This document shows positions 1 to 13,137 of a stretch of 38,193 bases of DNA, one piece after another. Location: positions 2,239,691 through 2,277,883 of the forward strand of contig NW_003314263.1 of assembly GCF_000143415.4 (NCBI RefSeq), given 5' to 3'. The notes under the pieces were generated by a model. The model worked only from the letters and a program-made list of their open reading frames with translations, was not told the origin of the DNA and ran no database searches. Positions within the stretch are counted from its first letter, which is position 1; the number at the start of each line of letters is the position of its first letter. This stretch comes from Selaginella moellendorffii. Taxonomy: Eukaryota > Plantae > Lycopodiophyta. The position numbers and the translations under genes are program-made.

Positions 1-1865
1 CTGTTGAGGAATGTAAACGAGGTGATCTTTAGCAAACACTGTGTTGTCGTCAATGACAGAAACCCCATCCACTTCAAGGGCACCGTGAAGCCCATACCTC
101 TCTGACTACTTGTAAATCTTCTTTGCCAGCAGCCCTACTGGAGGAATTTGCACCTTGATCACCTTGCACCATGCCATCATTGGCTCACACAATCATTACA
201 GTCATTGCTATATGCACATCTGTATCCTAGAAAGTGAACCCCTGGTGCTTTTGATTATGATAAAAATTATTATGATTTAGTTTTTATGATTCACTGTTAC
301 TCTATCTTTTGCATTCCCACATTTATTGATACCATCATTAAATCATTATCACAACGTTGTTAGAAAGCTAAGGAAATAGTGAAATGTAAGCTAATTTATC
401 CCTACTAATAATAGAATAAGTTATTGTTCATTTTATTTTGGATTTGACGCATTAATATATAATGTTATTTTTAATGACATTTGTCACCTATAAAAGCTTT
501 GAAACTTCAATGGAGTTTTTTAAGGTACTAGCTACTATGATACAGTTAAAATTCTCAATTTTGTTTTTTGAAGCATAATATAATACTTCCAGACTTGAAG
601 TTCAAGTTAATAATCACTTAGAAGACTATAGCAGCTGAAAGTATGTTAGCAAAGCAGGCTTATCATTGAAAATTGAACACATTAGAATTTTCCATAGGCA
701 TAATTTAAATCCCTTTACATTGTGTGTGTGCATATTACACTCTTCAAAGTTAGGAAAATGAATGGTGTCTAAGGTTGGAAGCTGCCTCTCAATGTAGTTC
801 AAAAGTGCAGCCTTCTGGTGTCTCTACTGCTGCATTGATCTTGTGCTGCTGAGTTTGCTTCTGCCTTCCTGACAAACAATGACCAAGCTTCGAATGTTGT
901 AGGGAAAGTCGACATCGTTTCAGCAGGAGCTCCATCATAGGATCCAACTAAAAAAGGTTGGGAAGGCTATCTCCCACCAGGCCAATCTACATAGCTTACA
1001 CAAATTGTCCCCATGTCTCTGATGGTAGTGCCTCCAACTCCTGGTACCAACTTTCCCACCTCAAAAGATATTCCCCCTGGGGATCCTTATGCAGTGTTCT
1101 ACACACCCTTTGCTGGCTGACATCCCCTTGCACCTGCAGTTTATTTCTTGCAGCATATGCTTTCTATGGTTGGATTTTCCTTATTAATAATAAAGTTTAT
1201 AATTTGCTTGTAATTTATAAACACAAGATTAATCTTATTGCATATCAACCATTAGATGATAGAATGAAAAATAATATACTAGAAAGGGCTTAAGAAATTT
1301 TATAAATTATAAACATGTTTATAAATTATAAATACAAAATTAATTTAAATGAATAACAACCCTTAGATGGTAGATTATTCTAGAATATCCAAGAATATTC
1401 TAGGTATATCCACTACCATCCCAGTCCCCCTATAGGTTTGCTTAAGCAAACCAAAAATAAATAATAAATATTCATCAGTTTATTTGCTCAAAAAAATCAT
1501 AGTCATTTAAAATATATTTTAGTATTACACTTATTCAAGAAAATATGTTGCTAAAAAAATTTATCTAATGTAATATAATTTTTATTTTACTTATATAAAA
1601 TTATTATTATTGTTACTTTATAAATTTAAGTATATGGGTGTATGGAACATTGAAATATTCAATAAGCCTAATACACAAGATTAAAATTAAGTATTATTTA
1701 AATTTCCTTTGAAATATATGTAGTGATTGACTTGTCTATAAAGGTAATAGTATATGATATTACATTCACATTTTATCTCTCTCATTTCAAACTAACTAAA
1801 AAAAGATAATTACTTGATGAGAAAACTCTTAGTGGTTATTTTATCCCCATATATCCCCAATAACA

Positions 1866-1885
1866 ATATATATATATATATATAT
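1866..1885. repeat. (TA)n microsatellite, left flank of GC-rich insert
   Basis: Perfect AT dinucleotide run, about 10 units. Confidence 0.95.
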
Positions 1886-2506
1886 TCGAGCCGCATCGGA
1901 GGCGGACGTGGGGAGAGGGGAGAGCGGATGACGGAGGGGGAACGGGCTTTCGGGGTGGAGCCGGCAAAGCACCGGCGGAGCTCCAGCACATAACATGATC
2001 GGGGATGGCGTCGAATCAATCGGCTTCGGGGTTGGCCGAACGCCGGCTACCGCCCCCCCAACCACCGTCTCTTCCTTTCCCCCCCATCCAGCCGGACCCC
2101 TTGGAGTGATGGCTGCTGCGTCGCCCCGATGACGCTTGGACTGGTCTCGCTCCGGGCAGAGCCGGCTGTTGGGGTGGATCGACGGGGAAGAGGCCGATTG
2201 ATGATCCACTCGTCGGGTGTTGGGCGGGCAGCCAATCCCGACCACACACCCCGATGCACCGGTCGGGGGGTTGGAGCCGTGTGCGATCACCACGCGCCGT
2301 GGACCCCGCCGATACACCTTCGCCGCACATCGCAGCACGAGACCCTTCTTGCTTGGTCCACCGGAGGAGAGCGGGCACGCGGGGCGTTGACTCGTTGGCC
2401 CACCACGTCTCCCGCAGACGGACCCACTGCCTCTCCCCTGTGTTGAGGCTCCTTCCTTCGCCAACCGACGCCATCCACCGATGATCGTCGATCGGGGGTG
2501 GTGTGC

Positions 2507-2511
<5 letters not shown>
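1886..2511. other. GC-rich, CpG-rich insert between two (TA)n tracts; probable organellar (mitochondrial) DNA transfer
   Basis: Two 60-nt lines counted gave 68-70% GC against very AT-rich flanks; abrupt edges; no credible ORF. Selaginella mtDNA is known to be very GC-rich and microsatellite-rich. Confidence 0.55.

Positions 2512-2563
<52 letters not shown>
2512..2563. repeat. (TA)n microsatellite, right flank of GC-rich insert
   Basis: Perfect AT dinucleotide run, about 26 units. Confidence 0.95.
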
Positions 2564-2564
<1 letters not shown>

Positions 2565-2569
2565 CATCC

Positions 2570-3780
2570 CTGATTAGAAGAATGGAACACAATTAAAGTT
2601 TTTTGATCAATAGCCAAATATCTAAAGGAACATCAAGAGGAGGTATCAATGAATTTATAGTAATACAACTTGATCCATTTATATAAAGCACTTTAACCAT
2701 TGTATGTGCATAATTTTTAGAGGATTCATCTATTGAAAGTCATGTTAAACCTTATAAATTTGTAGCCCAACTTGATATAACACTTATACAACCATTTTTA
2801 TTGAAAAACAAAAGCCCTTTAGACAAATTATATGTCATAAGAATAGAAAAACCAGCCAATACCAAATCATCCATTTTATACTCTATAATTGGAGAATGAT
2901 GAGAGTTGTAATGCCATTATTATTCCACTTGTATGCAACTCAAATATCAAATACACTCCACTCAAACCAATGGAAAAATGCTCATTAAATATTCCTAGAA
3001 ACTAGCATCAACTATTTATAGTAATTGTGAAGGTAAACTTAACTCCATTGGCAATATATGATTATGACTATATAAATTTTTTATAGTGAAGCATAAATAA
3101 AACTTTGCTAAAAAAGTGTTACATTCACACCCTTTGAAGTAAGGAACTTAAAAAATAGCCACAAAGTACAAAAAAAATCAAAATATAAATAATGTTTTAC
3201 TAATGTGCTTTTATTCAATTGAAACCTTGCAAATAAAATGAAACTAAATGGTTTCACTAAGAACTTATACAAATCAAACAATGTATAGAATGCAATCTTG
3301 GCAATATCCTCCTCGGTTATTGACACCTATTAGTACTTACAAGTGAAATCCAACTTGAGTGCAATCAATAGTAAACTTGAGTTGAACTTGTATCAAGTGA
3401 ATCAATGACTTCACCCTAAACAATCTAGAAGACGATTAATGTGAGGCAAAAGGTATAAATCTAGTATAGTCACATAGTTTAATGGATGATAGTTTATATA
3501 AAATAACTACTCTCATTAAGTTTTGTCATAAGATTTCACATGCCTAAATATTTCTAGACTTTGACTTTCAAGACCATTCTTTAATATCTCTTTGACATTT
3601 ACTAGTTTAATCTTTTTTTCCTTTTATAACAAATGCTAAATAAAATTTTTGATCAGATGAGCATCCCTAGTAGTCATTATTGCAATCTTAGCCCTAAAAA
3701 ATGGTCAAAGTAAAAAATATTAGCATTTTCCTTCATGAGTTGATCACTTGCCAAATAAAGATCATTTGAGTGATTATGGG
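2570..3780 (-). mobile_element. Highly degenerate Ty3/gypsy reverse transcriptase remnant, distinct from the adjacent element
   Basis: Minus-strand translations FYINYHPLNYVTILDLYLLPHINRLLDCLG and LKLDFTCKY**VSITEEDIAKIAFYTLFDLYKFLVKPFSF match the RT consensus FCVDYRxLN...YPLPRIDDLLD and KLDLxxGYxQ...EEDIPKTAFxT...YEFLVMPFG. Boundaries approximate. Confidence 0.7.
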
Positions 3781-4164
3781 AGGGAATAGAAAAAAAAAAA
3801 GAAACATAATAAAAAGTAATGGAGAAAAAAAAGTGATGGAAATAAAGGTATAAACATAAGGACAAAATGAAAAGAGATATAAAGAGTATGAAACAAAAGA
3901 GGTAAAGTCTCAAAGTATGAAGTTTATATAACTACACCCTTTTTAAAAAATGAGTCAATGAGAGAGAGGTGGGGACTTATGATCAATCTATAATAATTAT
4001 CTCCATAGTTATGGATTGAACCCATGCACTAAAGTGCTAAAATCAGCCTGTCAAAACTGACTCAAGAACTTAACGAATGAGAGAAACAAAACTTTTGATT
4101 TTATAAAAATATATTACTTTATTGATTTATAAGATTTATTACAAGATTTATAAAAGCTACTCTT

Positions 4165-4325
4165 TTATTACGATTCTTATACTCCGCAACAAGCTCACGG
4201 GCATGCGTAAGATTACTAAGAGACTCTCAAGTAAATTCACAGGTATGCCACTTGACAAGGTATTCACGACATTTAGAATTCCTAGTCCAACAACTATCCA
4301 TAATAACTTCAATTTCATACTTAGT
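4165..4325 (-). other. Integrase chromodomain of the chromovirus (frameshifted, W changed to stop)
   Basis: YEIEVIMDSCWTRNSKCREYLVKWHTCEFT*ESLSNLTHARELVAEY matches Y-E-V-E-x-I...YLVKW...TWE. Confidence 0.85.
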
Positions 4326-7300
4326 TCACCATCAACAACCATTGGTGGGGGATGAATGTCCATAGAGTGTTCCTCAGTAGCATGATATAGTGCCAATAAA
4401 TTGACATGAAACACATCATGTACATAGGATAACTCATCCGGAAAATCCAACGTATAGGATATATCACCAACTCACTTCAATACTCGATAGGGCCTAACAT
4501 ATCTTGGTAACAGCTTTTGAGATAAAAATCCCTTAATATTCAAGTTTCGGGAAGATAGCTACACATGATCTCCCACTTGATAGAATACATCCCAATGATC
4601 CTAATCCTTATCATGTCGATACTTATCCTAAGCTTTGCCCATTGCCTCAATAGCTTTAGACCAACCTTGGTGTAGTTGCTCCGCATAAGTCTTAACAGCC
4701 GAGACCAACACTTCGGACATTAATTTCAATACAACAATCTCTTGAGGAACCCCACAAGCATTCCCTTGCAACATCTCCCATGGAGAACAACCAATAGCAT
4801 TGTAAAATGTGTTGTCATAATAGATTTCTGTTGTGTCTAAATGCTCAACCCAATCATGTTGGTCTATTGCAACATAATACCACAGATAATCCTCAACTTG
4901 AGGATTCACATGTTCAGTCTACCCATCGGTTTGAGGATGATAAGCAATATTAAACTTCAACTTGGTACTAAATAACTGGAATAGTGTGCCCCAAAACTTC
5001 TCTATAAATCTCAAATCTCTATCTGAGATCATCTCTTCAAGAAGATTATGAACCTAGATTACTTCATGGAAAAAGAGTTTTACTACTTGCTTTGCATTCA
5101 CTATTTCCATAGTTGGAATAAAGTGTGCAATCTTCGACAACCGATCTATCATAACCCTTAGACTTTGGCAAACAAGTGAAGAAGTCAAATGTCACACTCT
5201 GAAATGGCTATACCGGTGTTGGAATGTCCCAACCTACTTCTCAGTTCTTCGCTTACACTACTGGCATATAGGGCAAGAATGGACATAATCCGCTACATCA
5301 CCTTCCATACCAAACCAAAAAAATCTCTTTTTCAATGAAGCAAAAATCTTTCATTTACCACCATGTCTTGCTACCAGAACATCATAATGTTCCTGCAAAA
5401 TAGTTATTATAGATCCTTGGAAGGAAAATACAATCTTTCTTGCTTATAAAAAATAACTTGGCCCGAACTAAGAAGTGAAACTTCATATTGGCATGACTAT
5501 CAACTTTTACTGTTTCACTACTAAGGTTCTACTTTGACAACTCTAGTGCAAAATTGCCTTTGCCAATGGATCACTTCCATATAAAGCCCGAACATCCTTC
5601 AACCAATCCGAACTAATTGCCGACATTGCCCGGCATTAAGTTTAATGAATCAATACATCTGGAACAAATATTTTCTTTACTAGATTTATAGATGATTTCA
5701 ATATCAAATCTAGTGAGCTTCTCTTACCAATGAGTTTGCTTTGACGTAAGCTTTGGCTACATAGCAAAGTAGCTCAATGTATTACTATTCATTTAAACTT
5801 TAGTATATCCACCCAAATAATGTCTCTAGTGTTCCAACACCAACACTATAGCAAACATCTCTTTCTCATGTGTTGGCCATCTTCATTAGCTTTCATCTAA
5901 TTTCTTGAAATAAAACACAATGGGACAACTATGCGTAACACCAACCACATTGTCATAATCTTGCTGTAACATGGGACCTATAGCATAGCCAAATGCATCA
6001 TAATGCACTTCGAAGTGCTTATCAAGATCTGGGATCCTGAGAATATGAACCATAGTCAAGATCTTCTTCAACTATACAAAAGCATGCTGACAAGCTGGTG
6101 TCTAATGAAATGGTATACCACCCTTTGTTAACTCAATCAATGAAAGAACAATACTTGTAAAATTGTGAACAAACTTGCAATAACATCTTACTAAACTGAG
6201 AAAAAAATGAACATTTGATATAGTGGTTGGGACTTCCTAGGACTTCATCGTTTCCACCTTCTTTGAATCCACCTCAATTACACTATCACCAACTATATGC
6301 CTAAAAAAGTTCACACACAATTGTCCAAAAGCATATTTATTTTCCTTAGCTTATAGTTTGTGTTCATGCAACTTTTGAAACACCAGCTCCAAGTGTTTCA
6401 GATGATCCTCTAATATTTCTTTGAAGACTTCTATTGTCGATATATAGAACAATAAATGTGTCCAAATAATCTCTAAGTATTCTATCCATCATTGTATTGA
6501 ACATTGTTAAAGCATTATATAACCCAAATAGTATGACAAGGAATTCATAGGATCCGTACCAAGTCTTAAAAGCTATTTTTTCCACATCTTGATTTTCCAC
6601 TCGTATCTAATGATACCTAGACCACAAATCAAGTCATATAAAATACTTAGCCTTTAAGAGTTGGTCAAACAAGTCATCAATATAAGGTAAAGGATAATTA
6701 TTTTTAACCGTGATCTTGATGAAAGCCAATACATATCCTCATGGTACCATCCTTTTTCATAACAAAAAGGACCAGCACTCCATAAAATGACTTGCTTAGT
6801 TGGATATGATATTTGCCAAGAAGCTTTGTGAGTTGCTTCTTGAGTTTAGCCATCTCTTTAATATAGAGCTCTTGTAAGTGGTTTAGAACACAGAATAATT
6901 TCAATCCAATGATCAATTTCATAGTTAAGAGGTAGCTTTAATGGCAAATCCTTCGGAAAGATATCCTAATTCCATGCCAACCACTCCAAAATTTCTTTTG
7001 ATACAAGATCAATCCTATCATTAATTTGAACTAGATCACCATCACCTTTAGCTTCCATCACTTAAACCCAAAAGGTCTGATATCCCTTCTTAACTGCTTT
7101 TTGAGCAGCTCTTGCAATTAGAAACTTAACATCCCAATCCTTTGAGGAGCACTTTTGCAACTAGAAGGACACATTAAGATGTTCTTCTAACCTTAATGTG
7201 ATGTGACTTTGTCTAGCACCATAAATCCTTTTGATATATGTGTTGAAGAAATCTATACCAAATACCATTTGAAAATCTACTGTCTTCAACACTACCAAGT

Positions 7301-8954
7301 CTAATCTCTCTTTCCACTTAGATATTTTTATTGGAACATCACTTATAAATCTTTTGACTACTTACCCATCTTCTGCAAACTGGAAGTGTATAGGCGTCAT
7401 CTGCTCAACTTTCAATTCTAACAACTTTACTAAGTCTTCAGATATCACATTGTGCATAGCTTCTATGTCAGATTTGGTATCTACAGACAAAGCTTACCAG
7501 ATACATCAATAGATCAATACTTGTATTGACTGTGAGAAAAGCTTGAGGAAAATAATGAAAGTAATTCACTTCCTCTTCTTCATAGTTTGCATTGATCAAC
7601 TCATCAACCTCTTTAGCTTCACCACCATTGTTTTCCCTCATAACATTAACATGAGACCTTGTTTTATATTTGTTAAAGTCCTATATCCTACCTCTCCATA
7701 ATAAAAGCAATAACCCACACTACCCATTCCAGTAGGAATAAGTTTCACAAATTGTTGCTACTTGTACCCACCAGGAGGAGGAACAAAGGGCATAAGACCA
7801 AAAGAAGCCACTGGTGGTCATCAATCACCACTTTTGTTAACTATTTCTTATGAGCTTACAAAGTAGAACCTTCCTTCCACCCTTTGTTTCTGATCACCTT
7901 GTTTAATCCTAGAGTTCTTATTCTTATCCAAAGTATCAGCATATGGCTCTTGATACTATTCCATGAGCGAGTGACTAAAGGGAACTTGTTATGCTACTTC
8001 TTTACACTCCAGGTATATCTTTGGCTTAAACTTCAAAATCTCATTACGAGAAAGTGAACTCAAACTTTCTAGGAAATAACTTCAAGCATTTTTGTCACTC
8101 ATATTTGTAATCATAATGTGTTTTTGAGCAAACGCATTAATGTAATGCATAAGGTCCCCACACTACTTTAACTGGCACAACTCTATGCAAAGTCTCAAAC
8201 TAAGATCATCCAACAAGTATTCTTTACAGATACAAAACTGCATCTTAGTCCAACTTCTAGTCTGCCCTTTTTCAATGCACACCTAGCACCACCAAGTTTT
8301 GGCATGATCAGTAAGAAAGGACTACACACACACAACTTTCGTATGATCATCTACATTTGCTGCTACAAAATAATTGTCTATATCGTAAACCCAATCTTCC
8401 AAAATCTAATAGTCCCACATGCCTATAAAATTGGGTGGTTTCAAAGGCTTAAACTTTGAAACTCATGCAATTGAGGGTGGTTGTAGAACTTCAGCATCCT
8501 TAGCACTTAAAGAGGAATTTGATTGCTTAGGTTTTGCTAATTTATTTGCCTCAACTTCTTTCTTCCTCTTTTTATTGTCTTTCTTCAATTTGTGAGCTTC
8601 CTTTAGCAAATTTTTTATCTTAATGTCTTGAGCCATACATTGCAATGCCATAACATTGAGCTCTTCCTCTTCTAATTTAGCCTCAACCTTTTCTATGGCA
8701 TCTCTAACAGGAGTTTTCTTTTCTCGATTCGCCCGTCTAAAGGTTTTAACATCATCAATACAATTCCTTTTCACCATTTTACTAATTGCATGCATGCCTC
8801 TATCAATAACTAAATATGCATACAACGTTCTTACCAAATAGTGCAATCTAACTAATCCAATACAAGTCGCTTCAGATCTACTAAAAAAGTCTCTATATAT
8901 GCAACTTGAGTTAAAAATTCCAACAAAAGTTGGATGGGAATCACTGAAATAATT

Positions 8955-8966
8955 GCTTTGATACTA
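8955..8966 (-). other. Primer-binding site (tRNA-iMet type, decayed)
   Basis: Minus strand ...GCTACA tt TAGTATCAAAGC versus canonical TGGTATCAGAGC (two G-to-A changes), directly upstream of gag. Confidence 0.8.
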
Positions 8967-8968
8967 AA

Positions 8969-9475
8969 TGTAGCACATTTAAATTTGGATCCGAACTCCA
9001 AGCCCATTACATTACAAAATGAGGGTTTAGTACACTTTCAATCCCACAAGTATTAACTCTTATCTAACACCTACATGCAAAACAATGTCAAATGATGTCT
9101 AACACGATTTTGGCATACTAATAGCCTAACGTGAGAAGGTGAGTACCCCACTGACTAGAGCAGCATGGAGCTTGGGCTTAAACCCAAGCCAAATGTAGAA
9201 CAAGGAGTGACACAATGAAGATTTCAAATCTAGGGTGGTGTATCACAAGTATGTTTAACTCTATAGAAGTTGAGAAACTTGAAATCTTAGCAAAAGCCAA
9301 ACTAATGTCTCAAGTAGTTGGCCATGCATTCCAAACACTATCCATGGTATACATTTAGAACCCCCCACAACACCCCCCCTCCTTAAGGAACACATGCTTT
9401 AGGCTTTCACCCTTAGTCACTTTTAGTACCAAGAGTTAGTCTTTGGGACAAGCATGAAACTTACTATATATAGCA
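8969..9475 (-). repeat. Probable 5' LTR; inner end firm, outer end uncertain
   Basis: Ends in CTACA next to the PBS. Weak similarity of 9431-9475 to 3897-3936, where AAAAAGGG-TGTAG may be a decayed PPT and 3' LTR start. Confidence 0.45.
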
Positions 9476-11214
9476 TAGATTGTGAATCAAGAAGAACAAC
9501 ACTATAGGGTTTACGACACTCTACTTCTCATAGACATGCCTCTTGAGTGGATCTAGATATTTACTATAAATAATATATAAATCTGGAACGGAACCAACAC
9601 ATAAGGCATGATAGTAAGGGTATTTGGCAGACACGGTAAGCTATCATGTAATGATATTGAGGGATTGGATTTAATATGCAAGGGTTCTTGCTAAACTAGT
9701 GCAAGACAAAGCAAAAGAGAAATAAAAGCTAAATCAAGAATGCTCATCAAGAAACACATAAAAGTTCTTACCTTATATTCATCTAGCTAAGTATAAATAT
9801 TAAACTCAATTTACCAACACTTGGACAAAAGGGGCTAATGAAAGGAATCAATAGTACTGATCTCCTACCATCATGGCAGTAAGGAAATAGTGTCTATAAG
9901 GACTGGCTACTAAGTATTTTTTGATACCCAAAATCGCATGTGCAACAATAATAAAGATGATGTTAAAAACTTGATTTAACTCTACCCACAATTATTAAAA
10001 CTTAATCTTGAGATTACCCATTTGCATAGCTAGATTTGCTTTATCCTACATATACATATGTGTATAGTTATTGCTATAGAGAATGAAGACTAGCTTTGCT
10101 ACACAACACAAATGTAAATAGCAATGTATAACAACAAGCCGAGCAATAAAAAATAATATATTGACCAATACAATTAGAATAACAAAAGATCTCTTATTAT
10201 AAAAATAAACTTGAAAAATGAATATAGGAACTATACTAAATAAACCCTTTGATAGTACTCCCAAAAAAAGGATGAAGGGATCACTAGCTTATTTGCATAA
10301 GAACCCTCCACTCATTTTTCAGAAGAACCTTTGTGTTAAGAACTTTTATTGCACCAACACCAATATAATGTTGATGTATTATGGGGCATTCACCCAAAAC
10401 ATGGAGGACACCCATTTAGTAAATGTTGACAATACTAATATGTGTAGCCAAACCTCACTAAATACATAACAACAAACATCACAGCCACAACCATGTTTCA
10501 TCCTTGTCTTTGAACATAGGTAAAAGCAACATCAACTTCTATTGGAACAAGATCATTTTGTACAAAGAATAGAGTTGAAACACATGCCATTACAAATGGG
10601 AAAGATAATGTTTTATAACATTATGTCAATTGAAGAATGTCATAAATGGTGGTTCAAGAAAATGTATACATGGCTTGAAAAAATATATAAAATGCATAAT
10701 ATCCACAAACTTTGAGAATAAATGGGGAAAATTGTCATAACAAGTGCTACTAAAAGTTATTGAGAGAAATTAAAAAAATAAAATATAAACCAAGATGCTA
10801 ACCATCTTAACCTATATGGCATGGCTATACTCCGGTTTTGCCTATTTCTAAATATATATATTTAGTTTTCTACAATGTTTTCATGCTTTGCAGTTTTTAT
10901 AGGCATCTTTTAATCCTTCTTAGTTTTCTTGTCCTCATTCTTCACATTCTTCTTCCTTCCCATCCTCTGATATGTCTTGTACACTCGTCCTTTTAGGGTC
11001 AAGGAATGTGGCTTAGACTTTTACTCAAGCTTAGGCTAGGCACAATCCAGGCTGGTGATATGTCAGGTGTAGGTGGTAGGCTAAGCTAATGCAATAAGCT
11101 TGTAGACACATCAACTAGGTAGTAGTCTAATCACAAATTTTGGATTTAGTCATCTATGGGGTGTGTTAGCCAAAGAGAAAAGGTTTAGTATAAGAGTTAG
11201 ACACTTTGTACAAA

Positions 11215-11705
11215 TGATCAAGCTTGTCTATCAAATTTTAAAATTGCCACAGATTTACATCAACTATTTCAAACTTTAGAAATTGTATAACTTTCATTAT
11301 TAAATTCTACAACCTTGTAGATATACATGATGTAATTGGCTGTTTATGAACATGTAAACCCATTTTAAATTTTGTAATATTTGAATGGGCATGGGGTGGG
11401 CATAGTATGACCCGTACCCATCCCATGCCCCATTCACTAGATAGGGTTGATAGTAAGCCCATGAACACTATCCCCTCTACCTGTCCTCCTCATAGGCCCT
11501 TGAGGGTGTAGTGATCTTGGAAGAAGCACAAGCAAAGGGGATCAGTGGTTATATTTATTTTAAAGGCTCATAGTAGCAATGGTAGTCTAAGACTAGTGTT
11601 GATTCAACTCAAGGCAATTTGCTCTAATTGAATTATTTATTACATATGTTGATACTTGGATAAATTGTACACTATATATTAGAGGAGTAGATTGATAATG
11701 GAAAA
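11215..11705. repeat. Paralog of 17885-18425; 11215-11610 inverted, 11616-11705 direct
   Basis: Reverse complement of 11215-11392 aligns to 18179-18349 (atgccca..caaatattacaaaa...gtggcaatt.taaaattt). Reverse complement of 11460-11520 aligns to 18127-18178. caatttgctctaa...agaggagtagatt is shared in direct orientation. Confidence 0.85.
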
Positions 11706-12619
11706 AAACACATAAACAAGCACAAGAAATATATGATTGCCCATAGGTGCATGTTTTATTTACATATGTGTGGATGTTTATTTTTTGTTTTCAATTGCAC
11801 TCAATCACATTTCAGTTGTTATAATAATAATTTAAACATGATTGTGTGCCTTGTATGGGACATGCCACATGTAAAGGGCATGCCATATGTACAAACACTT
11901 CATGCGAATATGTTATCTCCTCTTTTTTTGATTCAATTAAATTCATGATCCTTGAAGCTTGGCATGTACAAGAGAGTGTAAAGAATTGTAAAGTCTTGTT
12001 GCGAATGATCAGTGAGTGCCCTTTTTTTATGGTTTTCTTGGCTCTTCAAGATTTTGGTGTGGCAAAGACACAAACTAATTGCATCTGAGAGTGAACATGG
12101 GAGGCTAGGCACTGGGGCTGGACAAGAGATTGTTGCTTAAATCCAATTGCCACAATGCTACTAAGAGGTTGTTTCTGCCAAGAACAAGCTGGTGATCTTG
12201 CCCATTGCTAGTTAAGACTCAAAGAAGAAATTCGTAAAGGATGAAAGTGTCAGCAATAAGAAAAAGTACCTATCTAACTAACTAGATATACTTACATGCT
12301 CTATCTGTTTGGCCTCCCTGGAGGCTTTCTTGTTAGCTACTTTTCTTTTGGTGGTTGAGACTTTGGTGGTGGTGCACATGCTGGTGTAATTATACATGCT
12401 GGATGTCATTAGAGATTCAAGCCAGAGGTCAAACTTCCTAAGCTACCCACCCACAAAGATCAATCCTCCCATGAGAGAATTCAAGGTAGGTGTGGCTGTT
12501 GAGATCAAGCTCCTCAAGCACGTGGCAGCAGAGATTGGCCCTTCTAGCTCCAAGCTGTTGAGTGAGATGGACACAATGGATACAATGGAGAAGAAAACTA
12601 AGCACGGTGGATTGCACAG

Positions 12620-12757
12620 GTTGACAAGCAACAGTTTGACAGAGTGCTTGGGTAAGTGGAGATTGGAAAGCGTGAGGGAGCGAGGCTGGTTACTGGCGGC
12701 TGCCGCATTGGATCTCGCGGTTTTTACATCGAGCCAACAATCTTTGCCGATGTAGAG
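12620..12757 (+). pseudogene. Isolated aldehyde dehydrogenase family 2 exon with a premature stop
   Basis: AG|VDKQQFDRVLG*VEIGKREGARLVTGGCRIGSRGFYIEPTIFADVE|GT; 138 nt, phase 0 at both ends; TAA at 12653 where Tyr is expected; no other ALDH exon seen in the window. Confidence 0.88.
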
Positions 12758-13137
12758 GTAACACAATTCTCTCTTTGCAAAAGAGATCTTTTTATTTATC
12801 ATAGCAACAGATTGATGAGGGGGTAATGTCGCAAAAAATTGTATTACACTATAAGATATATCAAGTTAAAACACATCTGTGCTTGAATTGTTTATGGGTG
12901 ACTAAAAAAGTAGAGTATACCTTCCCCCAAAACCTACAATCACGTTTTCATTCTTTGTTTTTGTTTTTTTTTTATTGATTATCAGGCTCCTGGTTAAAAC
13001 AGCCTGATGTTGAGAGGTGCTGAACCAAGTTAGAGCCATGTTCATACAGGATACAAATACTACACAACTTGTATGACGTTTTACTGAAATGGACGTTTGC
13101 CAGTTGTGTGAAGTCCTCACTGAACGCCGGGCCAATT

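Larger units (their letters stand above)
3890..9475 (-). mobile_element. Decayed Ty3/gypsy chromovirus LTR retrotransposon (gag-PR-RT-RH-IN-chromodomain), many stops and frameshifts
   Basis: gag ~8850-7680 (LEDWVYDIDNYF; decayed CCHC GYCFYYGEVGYR); RT ~6900-6350 (YPLPYIDDLFDQL, KIAFKTWYGSYEFLVILFGL, LYIDN); RNase H ~6050-5800 (PDLDKHFEVHYDAFGYAIG); integrase (HPQTDG*TE, VHDVFHVNLL); chromodomain at the C-terminus; PBS at 8955-8966. Outer ends approximate. Confidence 0.92.

Noticed and set aside
1810-2592. Overlapping ORFs of up to 222 aa in the GC-rich insert
   Set aside because: Expected from high GC and (TA)n-derived YI repeats; no recognisable domain.
8969-9386. PPT-like AAGGAGGGGGGG-TG at 9386-9371 suggesting one LTR shared by two tandem elements
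   Set aside because: No second LTR copy or upstream integrase confirms it, and weak similarity to 3897-3936 suggests the LTR extends to ~9475 with this tract internal.
9600-10800. Possible DNA-transposase remnant
   Set aside because: No convincing DDE or family motif found in the frames examined.
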